A stretch of 64,000 bases of DNA from Segetibacter sp. Its GTDB lineage: Bacteria > Bacteroidota > Bacteroidia > Chitinophagales > Chitinophagaceae. The position numbers were made by a program, and so were the translations under genes. Under the pieces are notes generated by a model, which saw only the letters and a program-made list of their open reading frames with translations, was not told where the DNA came from and ran no database searches. The stretch covers positions 2,396-66,395 of the forward strand of contig NZ_JAOQAH010000030.1 in the NCBI RefSeq assembly GCF_025963695.1. The letters run 5' to 3'. Below, in pieces: positions 19,354-29,241 of this stretch; within the stretch, counting starts at the first letter, position 1, and each line of letters starts with the position of its first letter.

Positions 19354-20589
19354 CTATGTTACCAAATAACCAAATGCTTGAAAGTTAGTTAAGACAAGTA
19401 GAACTACTGCTATAGTTTCCATACTTTTAACAAGTAGCTTTTTGAATCCTGTCTGCTCCACTAAATATTGTAATTGCTCATCAACCGATTTTCTTTTTTT
19501 AATTGTTTGCTGTAAGGAGAAATACAAGATTCGATTAAAGTTTCTTGACAAGAAATAAAAATTCATAGCAGTGATTGTCTCTAATATATCCAAAGATTTT
19601 TCTTCTCTGCCAATATTTGCAAATGCTATTGCCTGATTTAAATATATAGATTCAAATAATCTCAAGTCAACATGAGGAGCCACTTTATTGTTCCTTTTTT
19701 TAATTGCTTCATGTATATAAAATAATGCTTCCTCATATTGATAAGTAAGCACCAGCGCTTCTGATAATATGTATTCAAAAGCCGGAAAATCCTGATAGAT
19801 GAATTTTGAAGGTTTTATGGAACTGTAGAACTCCCTGGCTTGAGTTAAGATAGAGCCGATTTCCCTATTAAAAGCTTCTGCAAAATATAGTTGCGCAGCA
19901 AAATATCTACCTGCTATAGACGGTGGCACACTTTCATTAATGGTATAACATAAAATTTCGTTGTGGTGCTTTTTAATTGCTTCCATATTCATGGTAAGCC
20001 AGTAACGAAAACAGAGTAAAGAGTTTCCAAATATTTGGGCTTCAACTGTTCTTTTTTCATTTAAATAATAGCACAAGCCTACTCCATAGTATGAGTCCAG
20101 CTTATCGATATTAACCGATTGTTCATAATAGAATATTTGCCCATTTAATGTTTTTGCTATTCGTCGTTGAAGCTGATCTATAATGTTCGGCTTTTTGTCC
20201 AAATAAATAATGGTAGTATGTATTAAGTTAATGTAGGTCACATCGTTAATACACTTTACATCTGAATCATTAAACAGTAAGGTCAGAAAATTCAATAATC
20301 CCTGGTCATTGCCACTGCTGTTCTGTTGCATTTCCTCGCCATTATCTGCCAATTCCGAGAAGGAAGGAAAGCCGCAATAACGGGATAATAGATCTAAAGT
20401 AAATAAGGACACCTGATACTTGCTCTTTATTAAATTGAAAAAGCGTCTGAGAGTATTTAAACTTAGTTTAACATTGGTCTGCCGGTAAATATCCTTGCTT
20501 AAACTATCACAATCCGACGCAATAAGAATTTTTCTACCAAACGCCTTTTCAACCACTTCTTTTAAAAGTGTTACTTTTTTGACTTCCAT
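19354..20589 (-). CDS. Hypothetical protein with an N-terminal HTH-like segment and helical-repeat (TPR-like) C-terminus; possible regulator
   Basis: CDSLSKDIYRQTNVKLSLNTLRRFF...SLFTLDLLSRYCGF resembles a Bacteroidota XRE-like DNA-binding segment. C-terminal YEEALFYI...IAFANIGREEKSL repeats. 411-codon ORF. Confidence 0.6.
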   Translation of the reverse strand: MEVKKVTLLKEVVEKAFGRKILIASDCDSLSKDIYRQTNVKLSLNTLRRFFNLIKSKYQVSLFTLDLLSRYCGFPSFSELADNGEEMQQNSSGNDQGLLNFLTLLFNDSDVKCINDVTYINLIHTTIIYLDKKPNIIDQLQRRIAKTLNGQIFYYEQSVNIDKLDSYYGVGLCYYLNEKRTVEAQIFGNSLLCFRYWLTMNMEAIKKHHNEILCYTINESVPPSIAGRYFAAQLYFAEAFNREIGSILTQAREFYSSIKPSKFIYQDFPAFEYILSEALVLTYQYEEALFYIHEAIKKRNNKVAPHVDLRLFESIYLNQAIAFANIGREEKSLDILETITAMNFYFLSRNFNRILYFSLQQTIKKRKSVDEQLQYLVEQTGFKKLLVKSMETIAVVLLVLTNFQAFGYLVT

Positions 20590-21121
20590 AAAAGCAATTA
20601 GTTGGTTTTAAGATTCAAATAATAGATTTCCTCACGCCGAATTTTAGCAATCAGACATTTTCTAATTAATTCAAAAGCTGAAATAATGCTTAGCCTAATA
20701 ATTTGTCGTGACCGAGAAGGGGAGATTACAAATTCTGTTTCTATTGGAGAACGTAACAATATTATAGTATTACCCGCACTCTTATATTATACTTTTGTAC
20801 GATATTGATGTATAATTTACAGATTTTACGATAATTCGTAATTATTCTGCATGAGGATCCTAAAAGGGTCAATAGCAGATTTTGAAATAATAATAACTGC
20901 AGGGTACTAGCAACGATGAAAAATATGACACTTTTTACGCTTATAAAACATTCGCAACTTTTGCTAGTAATAGAAAATATGTTTCACTATATTCACAGTA
21001 AGAAAAGAAAGTCTTTTTCTAAGCATATCAGGCTTTTTTACTTTAATCGCTCCCCCAATATTCTTTCCCGTTCGTGCTTGCCATTTGATTACAAATCTTA
21101 TTTGTAACAAAAACCGAACAT

Positions 21122-21658
21122 ATGAAAATCTTTATCGGAAATATGATTTGCCCTTGCTGCATCGAGGTTGTGAGGCTTTTATTACAAAAAATGGAAATTG
21201 CTTATGTTTCTATAGAAGCAGGCATAGTTGAATTAAAAGAAACTGTAAGTACAGAACAACTCCTTCTACTAGGTCGTGAATTGAAGAAATATGACCTGGA
21301 ATTATCAGTCGATCTGCATATAATACTGACAGAAAAAATTAAAAAATTAATAATAGAATTAGTTTACTACAACCGAGAGCAATTACCCACAAACTTATCT
21401 GACTATTTAAGTCAGAAATTAAATTACAATTATAGATACTTGTCAAATCTCTTTAAGTTACAAGAAGGAGAAACAATTGAACATTTTTTTATCGAGAATA
21501 AAATACATCGGGCCAAAGAATTATTAACGTTTGGATATTTGTCTCTCAATCAAACAGCTGATATGCTTAATTATAGTAGTATAGCCTATTTATCCAAACA
21601 GTTTAAAAAAGTGACCGGACAAAGTCCTTCTTTTTTTAAGAAGGCTTTCTTTAAATAA
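21122..21658 (+). CDS. AraC-family regulator with an HMA-like Cys-containing N-terminal domain
   Basis: NMICPCCIEVV N-terminus; YRYLSNLF, TIEHFFI..KI.RAKELL, LSLNQTADMLNYSSIAYLSKQFKKVTG (AraC double HTH). Confidence 0.88.
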   Translation: MKIFIGNMICPCCIEVVRLLLQKMEIAYVSIEAGIVELKETVSTEQLLLLGRELKKYDLELSVDLHIILTEKIKKLIIELVYYNREQLPTNLSDYLSQKLNYNYRYLSNLFKLQEGETIEHFFIENKIHRAKELLTFGYLSLNQTADMLNYSSIAYLSKQFKKVTGQSPSFFKKAFFK

Positions 21659-22176
21659 TGGTAAATTGAGTAGAAAAAGGTGCTTTTGCTTAATTGACAT
21701 ATAACCGTCATTAAAAATGAAAATTTAATTTTTAGTCTTTAGCTCCTTAAAATGCATTTTGCAAAAATTCTAAATCTCCTTATCGTCATCAATAATAATA
21801 TTTGCACATTAATTCTTGTTCAGGGTAGTGTTGTTTATAGTACCGTAGATTTAAGAAATTCCTCTTAAAAGAGATTGTGTTTAGAGTTATTGTTTTCCTA
21901 TAAAGGTGTTATCCTTCAGGCAGTATATTTTTAAATTAAGATTTAGTTTAAGCAATGTGGATGTAGAAAAATTCTAACGCCAATTTGTATCTCAGTTGAT
22001 TGATATACTACAGTTTTATTATGCAACATGCTCTGTGAAGCTGGTAAACAAAAAGGCAAGCAGAAAAGCAGCTAATATAATGTACTTCCCAACCATTTAT
22101 TGAACAACATTGACAGCCTTATTGCAACTGCAAGAAGCAATAACGGCGCTACTACTTTAGGCGTTCAAGACTTTAG

Positions 22177-22719
22177 CCAGGTAAGAAAAGATTAGGTAAA
22201 GAACAGGCTGATGTAATAATAAATATTACGGCAAATATTATAGGCGGACAAGTAACCCGAGATACAGCTAAACAGTCGTCAGAAAGGTTTGAGAAGATTA
22301 TGCAGGAAAAAGCGATGTTTTCTATTAACAGTTCAGACACTTCAGTTAGCCATTCTAAATAATTAAAATCCACTATTCCGCCTTCCAAAATTCCCGCTTT
22401 AAGTTTTGCAGAATTTGTGGGTATGGCTGCTAATGATCATTCTGAAATGATAGAGAGAAAAGCCTTCTAGTGCCAGATTTTAAACGACCATGAAGCATTG
22501 AAAAACAAACAGGATAGGTATAAGAAAATACCTATTGCACTAAGTTTGATAGGTAATAATACAAAAACTATACAAAGCATAAAGGTAGCAGACCGTGAAG
22601 CGAACGTTGCTATAATGTGTACGCTAGTTGAACGAATAGTGATCGAGCACAAAGCAAAACCGGTTAACGTAATTGTATCAGAATCATTGAGATCGCTCGC
22701 ATTGAAAAGGACAGGTTGA
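22177..22719 (+). pseudogene. Probable decayed gene of unknown family
   Basis: One frame runs about 180 codons with only two internal stops in AT-rich DNA. No recognisable start or family. Confidence 0.3.
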
Positions 22720-22723
22720 AATG

Positions 22724-22769
22724 CAAAAAAAGCACTTCCAAAGGAAGTTTTGCAAGGCATTGCAAAACT
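22724..22769 (-). terminator. Probable intrinsic terminator after the second susD
   Basis: 10-bp stem AGTTTTGCAA-GGCA-TTGCAAAACT (22746-22769) 17 nt past the susD stop, followed on the minus strand by a second short stem and a T-run. Confidence 0.5.
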
Positions 22770-22786
22770 AAATCTCTTCTGTTTTT

Positions 22787-24427
22787 CTACCAGGACGGAT
22801 TTTGAACAAGTTTGGTCGCCCGGGTTAATTCACTTTGCGGAAAAGGAAATCGGTAATTCTTTTCTGAAAAAATCCTGCTTTCTACCGTAAATACCTCGTA
22901 GGTTAGTACAGTCCCGTTTTTGGTTATACGCATACCTGAAACCGGTTTATTTAAAAATTCCTCACCCTTTTTCCAACGTCTTACATCAAAAAAGCGGTGT
23001 TCCTCAAAACAAAGCTCCACGCGTCTTTCATTCTGTATCCGCAAACGCATCTGGTCTTTACTTAGACCGGCCGGTAGGGCTGGCATTCCTGCCCGTGTTC
23101 TTAAAAGGTTGATATTGGTATAGACCTCTGCAATTGGTCCCTGTGCCTCATTTAGCGCCTCTGCATAATTTAGCAACACTTCCGCATACCTAAAATGAAC
23201 CCATGGCCTTCTAACATTACTGGCTGAGTTAACTGCCCAGTTTGCCGCATCATAAAGAAACTTTCGCATGTAATATCCCGTTTTAGTAGTATTTACATTA
23301 GAAATTACATTGTCTTTACCCCCAACAAAGGTTTCAACGATTTTTGGTGATTTAAAAATCGCCCCGTTCACCATAATAAATAGATTCAACCTTGGATCCC
23401 TATTGGCATAAGGATTATTTCTGTCATAACCGGATGTAGCATCGGTAATTGGCTTACCTGTTGTTCGCATTTCAAAAGCATCCACTAATTCTTGTGTGGG
23501 ATTAGTTCTGCCGCGGGCTCCGTCGTAACTAATCGGGCCGTTTGCGCTTTCAATGTTATTTACATTGTCCGCTACAGACGCAAATATCACCTCGTTGTTG
23601 TATGCGTTTGTTGTATAATTCCAGATGTTAGCATGTTGTGCTGTAACCAGTAAGGAATGTTTGTTTAAGCTAATGACTGCTTTAGCTGCATCTGCGGCTT
23701 GTTGCCATTTTGTAACATCCCCTGTTGGATTATTTAAAGGGCTTGCAGCATACAATAACGTTCTTGCTTTAAGCGCAAGGGCAGCTGTTTGTGTTGCTCT
23801 TCCTTTATCCGTAGCTGATTGATCGGATAGTGATGGCAGGAGGGTCGTGGCGGCCGAGTCGCAGTCGGACGTGATTTGATTTACAACTTCTTCAAACGTA
23901 TTTTTTGGGATGTCCAATTCTTGTGTAGGAGAAAATGCACGATTTGCAATTATGATTGCTCCATATCTTTTAAATAGCTCGAAGTGATAATAAGCCCTCA
24001 AAAAGAAAGCCTCACCACGCAACGACGGAATAGCACTCACCGGTACAATACTACTTGTAGCACTTTTCTCGAGGAAGAGGTTTGTTCTTCTAATATAGTT
24101 ATACATGTTAGTATACTGATCATCCAGGGTGCGAAGTGGTCCCCATGTTCCGTTATTGAAAATATTTATGGTTGACCCCTGGTTTGAATTAACCGCCTCG
24201 TCAGAAGCTGATGCGAGTAAAGCTCCGTCGGTAAGATCATACCTACGAAGTATTCCCAGATAAGCGTTGTTTAAAAAACCCCTTGCGAGCCTGTCGGAAG
24301 TCCAAACATCCTTCTCCTTTACTCCACCATCGGTGTAATCAAAGCTCAGGTAGTCCTTCTTACAGCTTGCAAGCAAAACAACGGTACAACATATACCTAC
24401 CAAAGATTTTATGCTAATCGTACTCAT
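22787..24427 (-). CDS. susD: RagB/SusD family nutrient-binding lipoprotein (pair 2)
   Basis: Lipobox LLASC, GEAFFLRAYYHFEL, ALALKARTLLYAAS, NPTQELVDAF, RDPRL, FRYAEVLLNYAEA, ERRVELCFEEHRFFDVRRW, QNPSW. Confidence 0.93.
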   Translation of the reverse strand: MSTISIKSLVGICCTVVLLASCKKDYLSFDYTDGGVKEKDVWTSDRLARGFLNNAYLGILRRYDLTDGALLASASDEAVNSNQGSTINIFNNGTWGPLRTLDDQYTNMYNYIRRTNLFLEKSATSSIVPVSAIPSLRGEAFFLRAYYHFELFKRYGAIIIANRAFSPTQELDIPKNTFEEVVNQITSDCDSAATTLLPSLSDQSATDKGRATQTAALALKARTLLYAASPLNNPTGDVTKWQQAADAAKAVISLNKHSLLVTAQHANIWNYTTNAYNNEVIFASVADNVNNIESANGPISYDGARGRTNPTQELVDAFEMRTTGKPITDATSGYDRNNPYANRDPRLNLFIMVNGAIFKSPKIVETFVGGKDNVISNVNTTKTGYYMRKFLYDAANWAVNSASNVRRPWVHFRYAEVLLNYAEALNEAQGPIAEVYTNINLLRTRAGMPALPAGLSKDQMRLRIQNERRVELCFEEHRFFDVRRWKKGEEFLNKPVSGMRITKNGTVLTYEVFTVESRIFSEKNYRFPFPQSELTRATKLVQNPSW

Positions 24428-24466
24428 ATATAAGTTCTAAAATTTAGTCGACATTAATTTTATCAA

Positions 24467-27400
24467 TTAAAACGTTGCCCGTAAACCGAAGCTGTATGTT
24501 TTTAGATAAGGATAAGCATCTCCACTACCTGCTGATGGAATTTCAGGGTCTACATCGATATCTAGTTTTGTAAAGGTCAGTAGATTTGAACCGCCGATAT
24601 AAAACCTCATCTTCTTCATGTGAAATCTACTTAATACCTTTTGTGGTAGTGAAACCCCGGCTTCAATATATTTTAGACGGAGATAATCGCCGGACCTTCT
24701 CCAGAAATCCGACCCGGCTGTATTATTTCCACGATCAGTTAAACCAACCCTAGGATATTTTGCAGTTTCCGCGGTTGCGGGAGTCCAACGTTTTAATGTT
24801 TCCTCGTTAAACGAGAAAGGGCCACTGTTCACCAAACCTTGTATATCTATTGTTTTTCCTTTGACCCCTTGCCAGTAGGTTGAGAAGTCAAAAATTTTAA
24901 AATTCACTGCAGTTCCAAAACCGTAGTAAATATTAGGGAGATCTCTTTTGTTCACTCTTATCCGGTCGAAATTATCAATAATGCCATCCGGCTTTCCTGT
25001 AATGCCTCCAATATCTTTGTATTTTATATCCCCTGGAATTATTCTCCCAAAAAAGCTTTGACTTGGACTTGCAGTAATTTCAGCCTGGTCCTTAAATAAT
25101 CCATCTGAAACAAATAACAGGGAAGACCCAGCTATATTACCAATAGTTTTTTGGTAATCAGGTATCCCATTCTGGCCGTTTTGAGCAATTACTTTATCAT
25201 CAGAAAATAAAATATTACCGTTTACCGATACATCGAATCGACCCACTTTCTTGGTATAATCCATCCCGAGTTCAATCCCTCTGCTGTCTACTTGTCCCTC
25301 GTTTACCGTACCTAGAGCTTGCCCGAGAATATTAGGAATGACAGCATCGGTAAGTATACCCGTCCTGCTTGATTTATAAACATCGCCTGTAAGCGAAAGA
25401 GAATTGCGGAACAATCTTATCTCTATGCCAGCATTAACCGTTTCAAATGTTTCCCAGGTAATTTCAGGGTTACCGAGGCTGCTTTCATTTGCAGAAGGGG
25501 TAGCCGAAAAACCGGTGCCAAAGGTGTAACCTCCACCTCCTGTATTACGAGCATAAAAACTTTCAAAAGGGAAGCGGTTTCCACCAATATTACTACTACC
25601 TGCTTTGCCTGCAGATGCTCTTAGTTTGAGATAGGTAAGCAAGTTACTAGTCTTTAAAAAATCTTCTTCTGTAACTACCCAGCCTGCAGATACAGCAGGA
25701 AAAAATCCATAGCGCTTGTGTGGTGGAAAGTTTTCAGAACCTGAATAGCTTGTTACCAGTCCCACGTAATACTTGTCTTTATATCCATAATCTACTCTGC
25801 CTGAAACTCCCTGGCCCCTAAAGTCGAGTCTTTCTGGTGAGGCATCTACATATCTTTGCCCAAGAACAGTAGCTTTTAAACTGTGGTTTCCAAATGTCCG
25901 ATCATAATCGAAGCCCGTCCAGAATTCATTCCTTCTGTTATTGTTGGTAAAGGCAGCACTACGATACCCTAAAGGTGTTTTAGTTCGGAACAATTGTGTG
26001 GGGGAAGTGTTGAAATCATAAATTTCGTAATCTCGGTTCAACCCCGCAGAATAAGTGCCGGATACATCATGGCTATAATAAACAATTGCAGATAATCCCT
26101 TTGTTAGAAAATCGAGCTTTTGTTTTGCATTTAATGAGGCTAAAAGCACTCGGTCTACAACAGTGTTGTACCCCCTGTCTTTAAGCATACCTAAAGGGTT
26201 ATTGCGAAAATCGGTTGTTCCACCATACGTTCCGTTTTCATTTCGAATTGGAAATGCATTGGGGGGAGTGTTATAAAGAGCACTTAAAAAAGGGTTGGCA
26301 TTATCTCCCGGGTTTAACCGATTTTCTGACCGCCCGCCGGAATTTAGGGTAATAGTTAGGTTTTTGTTTACATTAAAATCAATGTTACCTCTGAAATTAA
26401 AACGTGTAAAGCCGGTGTTTGAATTAAAGTCGTTTGATTTGGCGCCTTTGAACAAACCACCCTGATCAAAATAACTAAGCAATACAAAGTAACGGAGTGT
26501 GCTATTACCCCCGTCGGCGGATAGTACATAACGTTGAACGGAGGAGGTTTTGTTTAAAAAGTCTCCTACAAAATTGTTAGTAGGATATTTATACTGGTTA
26601 CTGCCGGTTTGGTATGCGGCAAGAGCCACATTATCATAAACAGGGGTAGCATTATCATTCAGTCGCGCCTCATTGTATAAACTTGCAAACTGGTACGAAC
26701 TCAGTGGTTTAATAATTTTTTCAACCTGCTGTACACCTCCTTGTATGTCAAGACTTATACTTGATCTTGTGGCGCTCCCTTTTCTAGTAGTAACCAAAAC
26801 TACTCCATGACCGGCTCTTAGTCCGTACCACGCCAGAGCAGCCGCATCTTTTAATACCGTGACACTTTCAATCTCATTTAAATCCATATCCTGAAAGTCT
26901 CTTTGCACGCCATCCACCAATATCCTGGCAGCAGAACTTCCATAAGAAGAACGCCCTCTTACAAAAATGTTTGCGTTATCATTTCCAGGTCGGTTGTCCG
27001 TTTGTTGTATGTATAAACCCGGAATTCTGCCCGAGAACGAATTAATCAGGTTCGCCATTGGAATTTGCGGAAGATTAGCGGTGTTATAAGAACTTATAGA
27101 AGAAGTTATTTCTCGTTTCTTTCGCACACCAAAAGGGATTTCAATATCGTCATCTTCGCCCGCATCAATTAGCGCAACATCTAATTCAATATTGAGATCT
27201 GCAAAAGAACTTAGTTCAAGCTGCTTTGTGTGAAACCCGGTTTTTTTTATAATAATTATATCCTTCGATTCAGCTTTGATCGTAAACTTTCCAGTTTTGT
27301 CGGTAAATAAAACAGTATTCTTCTCCTGAACGGCAATACTTGCATTTTCAACAGGCTTCTTACTTTTATCAGTTACAAACCCAGTAAATTGTTTTAGAGG

Positions 27401-27484
27401 TATAGCCGTTTCCTGTGCAAAAATTGAAGCGTGTAAAAGCACGAAAGACAACACCATTATAGTATGCTCGTAAAATTTTCTCAT
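24467..27484 (-). CDS. susC: SusC/RagA TonB-dependent transporter (pair 2)
   Basis: Signal peptide, plug motif ILVDGVQR..IESVTVLKDAAA..YGLRAGHGVVLVTT, YGFFPAVSAGWV, DIKYKDI, C-terminal YSFGLRATF. Confidence 0.93.
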   Translation of the reverse strand: MRKFYEHTIMVLSFVLLHASIFAQETAIPLKQFTGFVTDKSKKPVENASIAVQEKNTVLFTDKTGKFTIKAESKDIIIIKKTGFHTKQLELSSFADLNIELDVALIDAGEDDDIEIPFGVRKKREITSSISSYNTANLPQIPMANLINSFSGRIPGLYIQQTDNRPGNDNANIFVRGRSSYGSSAARILVDGVQRDFQDMDLNEIESVTVLKDAAALAWYGLRAGHGVVLVTTRKGSATRSSISLDIQGGVQQVEKIIKPLSSYQFASLYNEARLNDNATPVYDNVALAAYQTGSNQYKYPTNNFVGDFLNKTSSVQRYVLSADGGNSTLRYFVLLSYFDQGGLFKGAKSNDFNSNTGFTRFNFRGNIDFNVNKNLTITLNSGGRSENRLNPGDNANPFLSALYNTPPNAFPIRNENGTYGGTTDFRNNPLGMLKDRGYNTVVDRVLLASLNAKQKLDFLTKGLSAIVYYSHDVSGTYSAGLNRDYEIYDFNTSPTQLFRTKTPLGYRSAAFTNNNRRNEFWTGFDYDRTFGNHSLKATVLGQRYVDASPERLDFRGQGVSGRVDYGYKDKYYVGLVTSYSGSENFPPHKRYGFFPAVSAGWVVTEEDFLKTSNLLTYLKLRASAGKAGSSNIGGNRFPFESFYARNTGGGGYTFGTGFSATPSANESSLGNPEITWETFETVNAGIEIRLFRNSLSLTGDVYKSSRTGILTDAVIPNILGQALGTVNEGQVDSRGIELGMDYTKKVGRFDVSVNGNILFSDDKVIAQNGQNGIPDYQKTIGNIAGSSLLFVSDGLFKDQAEITASPSQSFFGRIIPGDIKYKDIGGITGKPDGIIDNFDRIRVNKRDLPNIYYGFGTAVNFKIFDFSTYWQGVKGKTIDIQGLVNSGPFSFNEETLKRWTPATAETAKYPRVGLTDRGNNTAGSDFWRRSGDYLRLKYIEAGVSLPQKVLSRFHMKKMRFYIGGSNLLTFTKLDIDVDPEIPSAGSGDAYPYLKTYSFGLRATF

Positions 27485-27534
27485 ATAAGTTATCGTCTAT
27501 TTATTAAGATTACTCTTCAATTAATGTTTGTGTA

Positions 27535-29220
27535 TTATTCCCACCCCGGGTTTTGTTTAAGAACACCATTGCTTTTATCTATTTCGGCTCTTGGTATTGG
27601 GTAATTAAACATGCGGTCACTGAATTCCCGTTGGTACAAAGCAGGGAGCGGAACAACATTATAAGTAAACCCGGTAGCTGTTTTAGTAACGTTTATGGCA
27701 TTAACGACAGCCTTAATGGTTTCACCATCACGCCACCTTAACAGATCCCACCACCGCATTTCTTCAAAAGCAAATTCCACCGCTCTTTCGTTTCGAATGC
27801 GCTTACGCATTTGATCTTTTGTTAAGCCTGCAGGAAGATTGGGCATTCCTGCGCGTGTCCGTACTTGATTGGCGTAAGTGTATACATCTGCAACAGGACC
27901 GTCGGCTTCATTAAGGGCTTCGGCATAGTTTAACAACACCTCTGCGTAGCGGAAAAATATAAAGTTCACTATTCCGGTAGCGGTAGAGTTTCCTCTGATG
28001 GCTTCAGGCCACAATCGCTTGCAATAATACCGGGTGCGGGTTGTACTGTTAGAGGCGGGCACGTAGTCGACTCCTCCGTCATACATCTGTATTTTTCTTC
28101 CTTGCCAGGTCATGTCGTTATAAATAATATTATTATAGAAACGAAGGTCCCTGTTAACATAGGGAGCTTGCGGGTTATAGCCAGAAGTAGCGTCAGTAAT
28201 AGGCTTTCCATTACTCATTTCATATAAGTCAACGTGGTTCTGAGTAGGATTCAAAAGACCTTGTGCTCCACCTGAGCTGGGAGGCATTATGAAATCACTT
28301 AGCATACCACCTAACGAACGGGGACCCCTTACCTTAATCATAATGTACTCAGGAGAGGTACTCACGTTTAGCAAGGTAGTATAGGTAGGGTGTAGCGAAT
28401 ACTTATTCATGCTGATAATCCCCTTGGCAGCATCTGCAGCTTTCTTCCATTTTGCCGCAGTACCGGCAGGATTTTGGTTAGGACTAGCATCAAGCATTAA
28501 AAGACGAAGCCGAAGAGCTTTAACTGCTCCGCCTGTAGCCCGTCCATAATTTCTTGCATCCCAATCCGTATCCGGAGCATAAACCCTTCCGGAAGGCAGA
28601 TCAAATGTGACTGTTGAAAATAACGTCTCAGCGGCCGCAAGATCTTTTAATATAAAATTTACCGTTTCATCATAAGTGTTTCTTGGCAAGTCAAGGTTGT
28701 CGGTTAGCGCTGGAGCTTTGTCAAGCAGAATGACACCCCCAAAACGTTTAACCAGTTCAAAGTAGAACATCCCTCTTAAAAAAAGCATTTGTGCCTTTAT
28801 CAGTTGAGGACTTTGTAAAGTTGACCACGGAACACTATCGACTTTTGACAGCATTACGTTCACATTGCGAATACCCTGGTACATCCTGTTGTAAATGGAG
28901 ACTACATCCGTAGCTGAAGGGTCCAGGAATTTACCAGAGGTCATAACTGCAACAAATGGATAGGAGTCAGAGGCGCCGGAAGAAATTGCTTCATCACAAA
29001 ACTGACCTGTAGTTCCTTTATATCCCTGGCTCATGCGGCCGAATTCATCAATCATATAATTGTATGAATTGTCAGCAAAGCGCGACGCGAGTACGGGGTC
29101 GCCAAACACGTTTTCGCGGGTTATGGGGGCACCTGGGTCACGCTGTAAAAAATCTTTTTTGCAGCCCGTAATTCCTACAAAAGCCATACATAAAAAAGAA
29201 AGAAAAAAATATTTCATCAC
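27535..29220 (-). CDS. susD: RagB/SusD family nutrient-binding lipoprotein (pair 1)
   Basis: Lipobox ITGC, AQMLFLRGMFYFEL, NPTQNHVDLY, RDLRF, FRYAEVLLNYAEA, ERAVEFAFEEMRWWDLLRW, QNPGWE. Confidence 0.93.
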   Translation of the reverse strand: MMKYFFLSFLCMAFVGITGCKKDFLQRDPGAPITRENVFGDPVLASRFADNSYNYMIDEFGRMSQGYKGTTGQFCDEAISSGASDSYPFVAVMTSGKFLDPSATDVVSIYNRMYQGIRNVNVMLSKVDSVPWSTLQSPQLIKAQMLFLRGMFYFELVKRFGGVILLDKAPALTDNLDLPRNTYDETVNFILKDLAAAETLFSTVTFDLPSGRVYAPDTDWDARNYGRATGGAVKALRLRLLMLDASPNQNPAGTAAKWKKAADAAKGIISMNKYSLHPTYTTLLNVSTSPEYIMIKVRGPRSLGGMLSDFIMPPSSGGAQGLLNPTQNHVDLYEMSNGKPITDATSGYNPQAPYVNRDLRFYNNIIYNDMTWQGRKIQMYDGGVDYVPASNSTTRTRYYCKRLWPEAIRGNSTATGIVNFIFFRYAEVLLNYAEALNEADGPVADVYTYANQVRTRAGMPNLPAGLTKDQMRKRIRNERAVEFAFEEMRWWDLLRWRDGETIKAVVNAINVTKTATGFTYNVVPLPALYQREFSDRMFNYPIPRAEIDKSNGVLKQNPGWE

Positions 29221-29241
29221 TATAAATTGAAGTGTTTAGCC

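Noticed and set aside
20706-20727. Possible tRNA 3'-end fragment (att site) CCCTTCTCGGTCACGA on the minus strand
   Set aside because: It does not match the tRNA-Ser in this window, and there is no T-loop or integrase nearby.
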